DNA of 64,000 bases from contig DAHVRJ010000136.1 in NCBI GenBank assembly GCA_027322505.1, positions 8,935 through 72,934 on the forward strand, read 5' to 3'. Numbering within the stretch: position 1 is the stretch's first letter; the number at the start of each line of letters is the position of its first letter. The DNA comes from Demequinaceae bacterium (GTDB lineage Bacteria > Actinomycetota > Actinomycetes > Actinomycetales > JAJYRW01). The translations under genes and the position numbers were made by a program. Positions 15,826 through 23,952 of the stretch are shown here, in pieces. The notes below the pieces were generated by a model that made no database searches, was not told the origin of the DNA, and saw only the letters and a program-made list of their open reading frames with translations.

Positions 15826-16149
15826 TTAGCTCCAAACTCCCATCCACAGCTTGACCCAAAACGGTATCGCCACCGCGGCCAAAACCGTAACAGTGATCAG
15901 GTATGCCAAAACAACGCGCGTATCGCCCAGTTTGCAGCGCGAGCGCATTAATCCACCGCGGCGGGCTTTTATGTAACCGCTGATTGCGATGAGACCAAAA
16001 GTAAGGACGGCAAGTGGTCCCGTTAGTGCGGCAATGATCGCAATCGTCGTAAATACGCACAGGCGCAGCGGGTCGAAGGGCGGGTGGGGGTCCGCAACCG
16101 TTTCGTCTCGCTGATTGAGCTGGGAGTAGTCGAATTCGGTGTTGTTCAT
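15826..16149 (-). CDS. Small membrane protein (about 107 aa, 3 predicted TM)
   Basis: I prefer the ATG at 16149 (MNNTEFDYSQL...), which forms an ATGA overlap with the radical SAM stop. The track ORF extends to 16245, inside the upstream gene. Confidence 0.55.
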   Translation of the reverse strand: MNNTEFDYSQLNQRDETVADPHPPFDPLRLCVFTTIAIIAALTGPLAVLTFGLIAISGYIKARRGGLMRSRCKLGDTRVVLAYLITVTVLAAVAIPFWVKLWMGVWS

Positions 16150-17756
16150 AGCGCTCGCAGGGATAGTTGGCGCTGCCCCGTTGCGGTAGAAATGCGGCTG
16201 TCGGAAAGTGGCTTCCACGCCTGCACCGCGCAAAAAGGCGCGCACTGATGGTTAGAGGTCTCTTCGTTGACGGTGGCCACGTGGACGCAGCACTGAATGA
16301 GTCGCTCTTCAATCATGGTGTTGATGTCCATGAAGGGCTTAATGGTGATGCGCAATACGCGCTCAGCCAGCATGCGGCGCATGCGCTGATGCTGTCCGGG
16401 AAGTTTGGATGCCGCCAATGTGGTCAGCGTTCCAATGCCCAGATCGCAGTTCACGCAAATATCGCGCCAGATATCAACCATGGTCGGGTGTGAGAGTGAT
16501 GACTGTTCGCTCAGCAGGTCCATTAGGGAACTTTTAACAACCTCGCGCACCTCCTTGTTGAAGTCGGAGTCCGCAATGCGGTTGGCGATAACGTCGGGGT
16601 TTATATCGAGGAACTCTTTGAGCCGGTCATGCCCGATGAGTGCCACCAGGGATTGCCACTGGTTGGAATCATCTTTTAGAAAATAGCCAACGGAGCAGCA
16701 GTGCGGGTGGCTGCACGGCAGCGCAGTGAGATCTTGCCACGTTATTTCGCCGTTCGTCTGCGGCCCCAACCGCGCAAGGACGCCCGTATGGGTAAGCCGA
16801 TCTTGCGGGTCAACTCCCGCGGAGCGTCCCGAGCCAAAAACTGGCTGAATGGTTACCCCACCTACATAGGGGGTTTCCTTGGCGCGGTTGATCACCGCAC
16901 CGATCTCATCGTCGTTCACGCCCAGCGCCGCGGTCATGGTCAAAGTCATAAACACGCCGGATTTGGCTAACCGGTCGATGGCTTGATCTTTGAACCTGCG
17001 AATGTCTCCGCCGCGGTGGTGACGTGAGGCTTCTTCCGACTCACCGTCGAATTGGAGGTAAATCTCAACACGTTCTCGATGCTTTTTAAGCACGCCCACA
17101 AATTCGTCGTCTTTCGCGATGCGCAAACCGTTCGTGTTGATCAAAATCCGCACGATCGGCCGGGCGACTAGGTGCTCCAGGAGTTGTTCCAGGTAGGGAT
17201 ACAACGTGGGCTCGCCACCCGAGAGCATCACGACGTCCAACCGGTCGTTTTCCTTCTCCAACCGCGCATCGATCGAATCAAGAACCTCTTGCAATGGCGC
17301 GACGTTCGCTAGCGCGGGGCTGGCAGAAGCAAAACAGGTCGGGCACTGCAAATTGCAGTGATCGGTGATGTCTTCTAAAAGAATGCATGTGTGCTGGGTT
17401 TGCATTTCCGGTAAGCCATCCTCATAGGCCTCCGGCACCGGCTTGAAGTTGCCTTGCACATCGGGAAGATGTTCCTTAGTGGGCGCCGTCCACTGCTCGA
17501 GATAGGTCAGAATTTCAGCGGACTCGTCATAAAGGGTGCGCACCAGACCGTGCTCACGGCACCCCCGCTCCAGCCACACCACACCGTCCCGATCTGCTAA
17601 CCAACCCGAAAGCCGTTGCACTTCTGCCAGCGGCTGGTCCGGATTTTCTTCGTGGCAGTGGGGGCAAAACGCGTTGACATATCGATGTAATCGGTAATTA
17701 CGCAGCGGCATACCCGCGCCGGCAGAAGCTGTCATGCAGGTCACCCTACCGACCAC
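16146..17756 (-). CDS. Radical SAM protein with N-terminal Cys/His ribbon and C-terminal Cys clusters
   Basis: Core CNLQCPTC followed by MLSGGEPTLYP. N-terminal FCPHCH...(31 aa)...GCREHG. C-terminal PCSHPHCC, CVNCD, QCCVH and CAPFC. Alternative starts are at 17735 and 17711. Confidence 0.88.
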   Translation of the reverse strand: MVGRVTCMTASAGAGMPLRNYRLHRYVNAFCPHCHEENPDQPLAEVQRLSGWLADRDGVVWLERGCREHGLVRTLYDESAEILTYLEQWTAPTKEHLPDVQGNFKPVPEAYEDGLPEMQTQHTCILLEDITDHCNLQCPTCFASASPALANVAPLQEVLDSIDARLEKENDRLDVVMLSGGEPTLYPYLEQLLEHLVARPIVRILINTNGLRIAKDDEFVGVLKKHRERVEIYLQFDGESEEASRHHRGGDIRRFKDQAIDRLAKSGVFMTLTMTAALGVNDDEIGAVINRAKETPYVGGVTIQPVFGSGRSAGVDPQDRLTHTGVLARLGPQTNGEITWQDLTALPCSHPHCCSVGYFLKDDSNQWQSLVALIGHDRLKEFLDINPDVIANRIADSDFNKEVREVVKSSLMDLLSEQSSLSHPTMVDIWRDICVNCDLGIGTLTTLAASKLPGQHQRMRRMLAERVLRITIKPFMDINTMIEERLIQCCVHVATVNEETSNHQCAPFCAVQAWKPLSDSRISTATGQRQLSLRAL

Positions 17757-17807
17757 GGCCGTTTTTTCTGCGAATGCACGCTCACCGCCCGTGCCAACGC
17801 GCCGCGA

Positions 17808-17857
17808 AATTACTTGCTCTACAACTGGGAAGTGGAATTACTTGCTCCGCAACTGGG
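17808..17857. promoter_or_regulatory. Two 22-bp direct repeats AATTACTTGCTCNNCAACTGGG (28-bp period) in a divergent promoter region
   Basis: 17808-17829 and 17836-17857 match at 20 of 22 positions. They lie between the radical SAM operon start and the CMD-family gene start. Confidence 0.45.
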
Positions 17858-17899
17858 TTGGCACTAATAGAGTCGCTTCTAAAGACGAGGAGTTTAAAT

Positions 17900-18364
17900 A
17901 TGCGCGAGGTTCGCCCCTACATCGACAAGACGCATCCCGAGATTTATAAAAGTCTTGTCCAGGCCGTTGCCCACAATCGCAAAGCTGCCAAGGCAGCCGA
18001 TATTTCTGTTGCGCTGTTGGAATTGGTCAACCTTCGAGTTTCCCAGTTAAATGCTTGCCCCACCTGCTTAAGCATTCACGCACCGGCTGCGCTGCGGGCC
18101 GGAGTGGAGCAGGAGAAGGTCGACGCCCTGCCGGCGTGGCGGGATACGACGATTTTCAATGAGGTCGAGCGGGCCGCTTTGAGTATTGCTGAATCGTTGA
18201 CGGTCATTGACCCGGCGCTAGATCGCAACGCTTTAGGCGCAGAGGTCGCACAAGTTCTGTCCACGGAACAAATCGCCGTTTTGGAATGGACCACGATCCT
18301 CATCAACGCGTTCAACCGGATTTCAGTCGCTAGCGGTCATCCAGTGCGCAAGAGTTCGAAGTAG
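17900..18364 (+). CDS. Carboxymuconolactone decarboxylase (AhpD-like) family protein
   Basis: LELVNLRVSQLNACPTCLSIH carries the CxxC motif of the AhpD/CMD fold. I prefer the ATG at 17900, which has a GAGGAG RBS at 17887-17892. The track ORF begins at 17774. Confidence 0.85.
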   Translation: MREVRPYIDKTHPEIYKSLVQAVAHNRKAAKAADISVALLELVNLRVSQLNACPTCLSIHAPAALRAGVEQEKVDALPAWRDTTIFNEVERAALSIAESLTVIDPALDRNALGAEVAQVLSTEQIAVLEWTTILINAFNRISVASGHPVRKSSK

Positions 18365-18370
18365 AAATAA

Positions 18371-18410
18371 AATTCCCGGGCAGCCTCTAAGACTGTCCGG
18401 GAATTTTGTA
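18371..18410. terminator. Bidirectional intrinsic terminator hairpin
   Basis: AATTCCCGGGCAG / CTGTCCGGGAATT forms a 13-bp stem (one G-U pair) with a 9-nt loop. T-rich tracts follow on both strands (TTTTGTATT on plus, TTTTATTTC on minus). Lies between the CMD stop and the tRNA 3' end. Confidence 0.6.
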
Positions 18411-18411
18411 T

Positions 18412-18488
18412 TGGTAGCGGGGGGAGGATTTGAACCTCCGTCCTCTGGGTTATGAGCCCAGCGAGCTACCGAGCTGCTCCACCCCGCG
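18412..18488 (-). tRNA. Initiator tRNA-Met (anticodon CAT)
   Basis: The reverse complement CGCGGGGTGGAGCAGCTCGGTAGCTCGCTGGGCTCATAACCCAGAGGACGGAGGTTCAAATCCTCCCCCCGCTACCA folds as a 77-nt cloverleaf. It has a C1-U72 mismatch, three G-C pairs closing the anticodon stem, and an encoded CCA. Confidence 0.93.
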
Positions 18489-18574
18489 TCGCCAGGACTA
18501 CATTACGACACTGGGCACTGAAGATCAAGTCCGCGCTGGAAGGCATCTCAAATTCTCACCAACTGCACGCGGAA

Positions 18575-19648
18575 TCAAGCAAGGATCGTCACGATATAAA
18601 GCGCAAACAGCATCAAGTGCACTCCGCCAAATATCGCCCTGATTTGCCCAGCCATAAATGAGGCGAACGACGCGATCAAAGTGGCGGCGAGCAACATCAG
18701 GCTTGCTGGAGTCTGCGCTAATACGACGAGCTGCCCTGTCAGTAAGCCGATCGCCAATACTGCTGGGATCGTGAGCCCCACCGTCGATACCAGGGCGCCG
18801 TGACACAGATTGCTCACACGCTGTATCTCGCCGGCGGCGGCAGCCCGCAAAGCCGTTAGCGTTTCGGGCAAAAACACAATTCCAGCAATGAGCACACCCG
18901 ACAGGGCCGGTGGTGCTCCCGTACGCGCCAGCCCCTCATCCAGCAGGGCCGCCATGGGTTGCGAGGCGAAAACGATTGGTATCGCGGCACCAACAAGAAG
19001 GGCTGCTCGCAGTGTCACTTCCTGCTTATTATTTAGGACGACGCCGCGCACCTTCAGCCCCCTAGTCACCTTCACATCAACTTCTTTCGGTTCCACTGCT
19101 GACCGGGATATCTCTTGGAAATCTGCCCGATTCCGATCCATTTGAAGACCGAGAAAATACCCGTAGAGACAGATCGTTGCGATCAATACGACCAAGGCTT
19201 GAGCCGGGGAATAGCTGCCGGTTTCCGAAATGAAGGCCGGTATGCCAAAGGAAGCAGCTAGTAGGGCGGTAAGCACCGCGAGATAGCTCGCCACGCCGGT
19301 CCGGTTTGGCTGCAAAGCGCTGTGGCGTCTGTTGCCAATGATGAGCGACAGGCCAACCACGAGGTTCAAAATAATCATTGCCACTGCCATGACCGAGTCA
19401 CGAGCGATAGTGACGTGTTTTCCGGGCCCCAGCATCACGGCACAGATCAAAACAACTTCAATCAAAACGATTGACAGCGTCAATACGAGCGTTCCGTATG
19501 GTTCGCCCAGTTGCCGTGCGAGATGCTCTGCCTGCCGCATCACGGCGAGCGCGCAGGCCGCGACTAGCGCAATGATGCCCGCGAGGAGAGCAAAAATTAC
19601 GGGGATGGAAGTTGCCGAAGCAAACGCACTGATTGACAAGACGGCCAC
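18575..19648 (-). CDS. Calcium/proton antiporter (CaCA family, ChaA-like)
   Basis: 11-TM profile. LPETLTALRAAAAGEIQRVSNLCHGALVSTVGLTIP resembles the ChaA alpha-repeat. Confidence 0.8.
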   Translation of the reverse strand: MAVLSISAFASATSIPVIFALLAGIIALVAACALAVMRQAEHLARQLGEPYGTLVLTLSIVLIEVVLICAVMLGPGKHVTIARDSVMAVAMIILNLVVGLSLIIGNRRHSALQPNRTGVASYLAVLTALLAASFGIPAFISETGSYSPAQALVVLIATICLYGYFLGLQMDRNRADFQEISRSAVEPKEVDVKVTRGLKVRGVVLNNKQEVTLRAALLVGAAIPIVFASQPMAALLDEGLARTGAPPALSGVLIAGIVFLPETLTALRAAAAGEIQRVSNLCHGALVSTVGLTIPAVLAIGLLTGQLVVLAQTPASLMLLAATLIASFASFMAGQIRAIFGGVHLMLFALYIVTILA

Positions 19649-19772
19649 GGGTTTGTACCTCGTTTTGCGGGCCGTCCCAGCGATTGATTATGGCGTCGAG
19701 GTCGTCCTAAACGCGTTATTTCTCAAGTCATTTTACTTTAGAGGTGCCGCAAAGGCTACTTTTATGCTGTGT

Positions 19773-20084
19773 TTATGGAGTACGCATGATTGTCACAGGA
19801 TCCCGGCTGGCGGCGTAGCCTGCGGGGACAAGACTCATCAAAGTTGCGGTGATAAGAGCGATAATCGGGGTCGCTGCCACAAAATCCCACGAAACCGGAT
19901 TGCTTTGTCCGATCATCAGAGCCTGCGCGGCACCTGCGCCCAAAGCAGCGCCGACGGCTGCTGGGGCGCAGGTTCTTAAGCTCACTAGCGCCACAAGACC
20001 TAAACGGGTGATGCCCAGGGTGCGACGTCGGCCCAGATCACGTCGCCTTATTAATACATCCGCTAGCACGACTACAATGACCAA
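19773..20084 (-). pseudogene. C-terminal remnant of an FtsX-family ABC permease
   Basis: Only the loop plus the last two TM segments remain: IRRRDLGRRRTLGITRLGLVALV...VPAGYAASRDPVTIMRTP. TTG start, with an in-frame stop 7 codons upstream. Only 121 bp separate it from the next gene, so the rest of the permease is absent. Confidence 0.45.
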
Positions 20085-20205
20085 AACAAGCTTACGGAAA
20101 AGCTTTCAACACTCATCAAAAAATCTACCCCACCGGCTACCCAATAATCACAAGGAGATCGGGAGCCGATGGGGTAGATATCGTGTATTTGAGAAGGCCA
20201 GTGGC

Positions 20206-23200
20206 CTACTCGGTCGCTCCTTCAATTTCTGCTTCGGCGCTGAACGCCTCTTCGAGCGCCTGCTGCAATTTATCCTGCGCGGCGCCATATGCAGCGAAGT
20301 CACCGGACTTCAGGGCCTCATCGGACTCCACCATCGCATCGCGAGCCTTGTCTAATGCGGTGGCAAGCCGTTCATGCGCATCGCCGACTGCCTCGGGAAT
20401 ATCCGGCTCCTCGGCGTCCGCATCTTCCGGTTCCTCTGTGCCTTCCGGAGCCTCGCCCTCATCGGGCTCCTCCCCTTCAGGCAGGTCTTCTTCTGGTATT
20501 TCGTCGCCTTCCGAAATTTCGCCGTTGCCGTCTGCCTCGACACCGGAGTCTCCTCCGAATATCTGGTCAAGAGCTTCATCGAGGGTGTCAGCGAATCCGA
20601 CGTTTTCACCGAAGGCTACGAGCACCTTCTGCAGCAGCGGGAACTTTGTTCCCTGGGAGCTTTGCACGTATACCGGCTGCACGTAAAGCAACCCGCCGCC
20701 AACGGGCAATGTAAGCAAATTACCCTTCAAAACCGAGGAGTTACCGCGGTTAAGCAAGTTCAAAGTCTCTGAGACGCGGGAATTGGCGTCAAAGTTGTTT
20801 TGCACCTGTCCTGGCCCGGGAACGGTGAGGTCACGCGGCAACTCGAGGAGTCGCAACTTGCCATAACCCTCCCGTGGTTTACCGGCCTCATTTCCCGCTT
20901 CCGCATCAGCCGCTAAGAAACCAGTGAGCACATTTCGCTCCCCACCGGTAATGAACGAAGAGGTAAGCGAGAATTCCGGGTTGTCTTGACCGGGCATCTG
21001 CAACGTCAAGTAGTACGGAGGCTGCAAGACCCGCGTGTTTTCGCCCTGTGTGGGTTCAGTGGGCTGGAGCCAGAAGTCCTGACCAGAATAAAACGCGTCC
21101 GCGTCCGAGACGTGGTACTGGGTCAGCAGCTGCCGTTGGATCTTGAACAGGTCTTCCGGATACCGAATGTGCGACATCAATTCTGAACTGATGTCATCGA
21201 TTGGATTCACCGAACCGGGGTAGACCGATTCCCAAGTCTTCAAAATTGGATCGTCCGGCTCCCACGCATACAGCGTTACTTCTCCGCTGTAGGCGTCGAC
21301 GGTTGCCTTAACCGAGTTCTTGACGTAGTTCGCTTTTTGCGGAGCGAGCGCTTGAATTGTCGAGGTCGATTCGGTGAGTGTGTCTCGGGTAGCAGTTTCC
21401 AAGCTCGTCGACTTTGAGTACGGGTAATCATCAGTTGTGGTGTAGCCGTCAACTATCCAGACCACCCGCTCATCGACCACCGCCGGATATACGCGGCCAT
21501 CCAGGGTCAACCACGGGGCAACCTTCTCGACCCGCTCGGATGGGTCGCGATCAAACAGAATCTGCGATTCGGAATTCACCCGGTCGGAGAACAGAATCTT
21601 TTCATCCCCAAACTTGATGGCGAAGAGAAGTTTGTTCCAAATATTGCCGATGCTGGGGCCACCATCGCCGGTGTAGGTGGTGTTCACCTGACCGGTAGGC
21701 GCTTCGTCATCCGGGTAGTCCAACTCCCAGGGCGTCGAGCCCTCAGGGGCGCCGACAATTGAGTAATCCGGAGACCTTTGACCAAAGTAGATTCGCGGCT
21801 CATAGTCGCCCAGTTCACCGGTAGAGGGAATGCCCCGCTGATAAAACGAGGGGCGTCCATCCCCCTGCGTGGTATTACCGAACGCAGCCACAACGCCATA
21901 ACCGTGGGTGTAGACGGTGCGCTCATTAACCCACGTGCGTTCACTGGCTTCTAGACCATTGAGGTCCAGTTCGCGCACCGCAATAACGGTGTCGCGCTTT
22001 TCGTCCCCGACGGTGTAGCGGTCAACTGCCAGCGTGTCCGGGAAGTTGTAGTACTGCTTGTTTTGCTGTAACTGCCGGAAGGAGGGGCTGACAATTGTGG
22101 GGTCGAGGAGTCGAATTGAAGCGGTTGCCTCCGCGTCTTGGCGCAGCGCGCCCTCTTCGGCGTCAGTTTTCGCCTCATAGCGCGTTACTTCAACATCCTC
22201 CATGCCGTACGCGAAGAGGGTGGCGTCAATATTGCGCTGAATAAATGGTTTTTCCAGCTGCTGGGCGTTGGGCTCGACCTGGAATCGCTGAATGAGTGCT
22301 GGATAGGCCGCTCCAACCACTAGCCCAGACAAAACCATGAGCCCCACACCCAGGGCTGGCAGCTTCCAGTCGCTGCGGAAAGCTGCCGCGATAAACAGCA
22401 GTGCCACGAATACGGAAATACCCGCCAGGATGCCCTTGGCCGGTAGTACGGCATGAATATCGCTGTAGGTAGCGCCATCAAACTTTCCGCCGCCCTTGGA
22501 CAACAAACTGTAGCGGTCTAGCCAGTAGTTGACACCGATCAGCAGCGTGAATACGGCCGCGAGAATCGCTAAATGCAGGCGAGCGGTGCGGGTTAGCGGC
22601 TCACCGCCGCCCCCAATGCGGATGCCACCGTAGAGGTAGTGCGTGGCGGCCCCAGCAATCACCGCGATTGCAACAACCGCCATCAAAAAGCCAGTGACGT
22701 ATTTCCACCAGGGCAGCGAAAATACGAAGAATGAAATGTCCATGCCAAATTGGGGGTCCGTCTGGTTAAACGGCTCGGCTTTAATCCACAGAAGCACCGT
22801 CTCCCACTGGCTCGCCAGCGAAGCGCCCGCAAATAACCCAATCAGAATCGGCGCACCGATCATGATGATTTTGCGTAGCGGCTCCAGCGAGGCGCGATAA
22901 CGATCTAAAACGACTTGTTGCGGCGTTGAGGGAGCATAAATTGGACGGTGGCGCCAGGCAATATAGATGGAGGCCCACACTCCCGCACCCATCACCGCGC
23001 CCCCAATTATGAATAGGAGCGCTTTGACGATCCAGCGGGTGCGCAGCACCTGCAAGAACCCAAGTTGATCAAACCACAGCCATTCAGTCCAAAACTGGGC
23101 CAAGATTACGATGGCCACGGCAATTACTGCCAATACCACCAAAGTGGGAACCAGTGCCCCCCGGCGCTGGTTCTTTTTCGGTCCGCGTCCCACCGGTTGG

Positions 23201-23220
23201 GACGGGCTCTGTTGTGTCAC
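20206..23220 (-). CDS. UPF0182 family membrane protein
   Basis: 1004 aa. N-terminal TM bundle FWTEWLWFDQLGFLQVLRTRW and a large extracytoplasmic domain. Acidic C-terminal tail. Sits next to a PPA1309-family gene, as in other actinobacteria. Confidence 0.9.
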   Translation of the reverse strand: MTQQSPSQPVGRGPKKNQRRGALVPTLVVLAVIAVAIVILAQFWTEWLWFDQLGFLQVLRTRWIVKALLFIIGGAVMGAGVWASIYIAWRHRPIYAPSTPQQVVLDRYRASLEPLRKIIMIGAPILIGLFAGASLASQWETVLLWIKAEPFNQTDPQFGMDISFFVFSLPWWKYVTGFLMAVVAIAVIAGAATHYLYGGIRIGGGGEPLTRTARLHLAILAAVFTLLIGVNYWLDRYSLLSKGGGKFDGATYSDIHAVLPAKGILAGISVFVALLFIAAAFRSDWKLPALGVGLMVLSGLVVGAAYPALIQRFQVEPNAQQLEKPFIQRNIDATLFAYGMEDVEVTRYEAKTDAEEGALRQDAEATASIRLLDPTIVSPSFRQLQQNKQYYNFPDTLAVDRYTVGDEKRDTVIAVRELDLNGLEASERTWVNERTVYTHGYGVVAAFGNTTQGDGRPSFYQRGIPSTGELGDYEPRIYFGQRSPDYSIVGAPEGSTPWELDYPDDEAPTGQVNTTYTGDGGPSIGNIWNKLLFAIKFGDEKILFSDRVNSESQILFDRDPSERVEKVAPWLTLDGRVYPAVVDERVVWIVDGYTTTDDYPYSKSTSLETATRDTLTESTSTIQALAPQKANYVKNSVKATVDAYSGEVTLYAWEPDDPILKTWESVYPGSVNPIDDISSELMSHIRYPEDLFKIQRQLLTQYHVSDADAFYSGQDFWLQPTEPTQGENTRVLQPPYYLTLQMPGQDNPEFSLTSSFITGGERNVLTGFLAADAEAGNEAGKPREGYGKLRLLELPRDLTVPGPGQVQNNFDANSRVSETLNLLNRGNSSVLKGNLLTLPVGGGLLYVQPVYVQSSQGTKFPLLQKVLVAFGENVGFADTLDEALDQIFGGDSGVEADGNGEISEGDEIPEEDLPEGEEPDEGEAPEGTEEPEDADAEEPDIPEAVGDAHERLATALDKARDAMVESDEALKSGDFAAYGAAQDKLQQALEEAFSAEAEIEGATE

Positions 23221-23341
23221 AGTCAGGCACCTCTGTTGCTAAAGCAAAGTATTTACGATGATGCTAAGGGATTCCACATTGATTAACGTATTTCACCTCC
23301 TCTAGGTTCCCACACATTGTTCTAGTGACAGGATCGAAGGC

Positions 23342-23914
23342 GTGAGTTCTTCCAATAGCGACCAAAATTCCTCTGCTCCCGGTTCCGCGCAAGATGCGCT
23401 GGCTGCCGCCGTTATGGAGATTGAACGGCATGTAGCAACCGCTGGCTGGGATGGCCCCGTACGCGTATTTGCGCTGGTTCACACCGCCAACGCCATTGAG
23501 ACCGATCCGGCCATCATGTCGATTTTGACCCCGGACGTCGTTGCCCGCGCCAAATTTGATGCCCATCATCTAACTTCGATCGAACAAGAAGATCTTCCAG
23601 CAGCTTCGTCACTGGGAGAACTACTAGCCCGGCTGGCCTGGCCCGAGTCCGTCGATGGCACCGCGGTGGTTACCGAACGGATTGTCGTGCCACCCGAAGC
23701 CGAAGAAGACCTGCCCGAAGATCCCGAAGAGGCAACGCAGGTCCTGCTAGCCCATCCAGAGCGCCAAGATATGCGCATGGCAGTTGGCGTTCTACGTTCC
23801 GGGGAGTCGTGGTGCGCCATTCGCTTAAAAAGTGCGGACGACGACGCTTCCGTTGCGCGCGGAGCTGACCTGGTACCCGAACTCGTCTCGGCGCTGCTAA
23901 CGACTTTTGAGTAG
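23342..23914 (+). CDS. PPA1309 family protein (conserved actinobacterial hypothetical)
   Basis: ALAAAVMEIERHVATAGWDGPVRVFALV... matches my recollection of the family. Divergent from the UPF0182 gene. GTG start. Confidence 0.7.
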   Translation: MSSSNSDQNSSAPGSAQDALAAAVMEIERHVATAGWDGPVRVFALVHTANAIETDPAIMSILTPDVVARAKFDAHHLTSIEQEDLPAASSLGELLARLAWPESVDGTAVVTERIVVPPEAEEDLPEDPEEATQVLLAHPERQDMRMAVGVLRSGESWCAIRLKSADDDASVARGADLVPELVSALLTTFE

Positions 23915-23952
23915 CCCTAACTACCTTTAAGTAGCGCTGTCCGCGTAACTAT

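Noticed and set aside
9336-18488. Genomic island inserted at the initiator tRNA-Met gene.
   Set aside because: There is no integrase, no direct repeat of the tRNA 3' end, and no mobility genes. The accessory-looking genes on the 3' side of the tRNA are not sufficient evidence.
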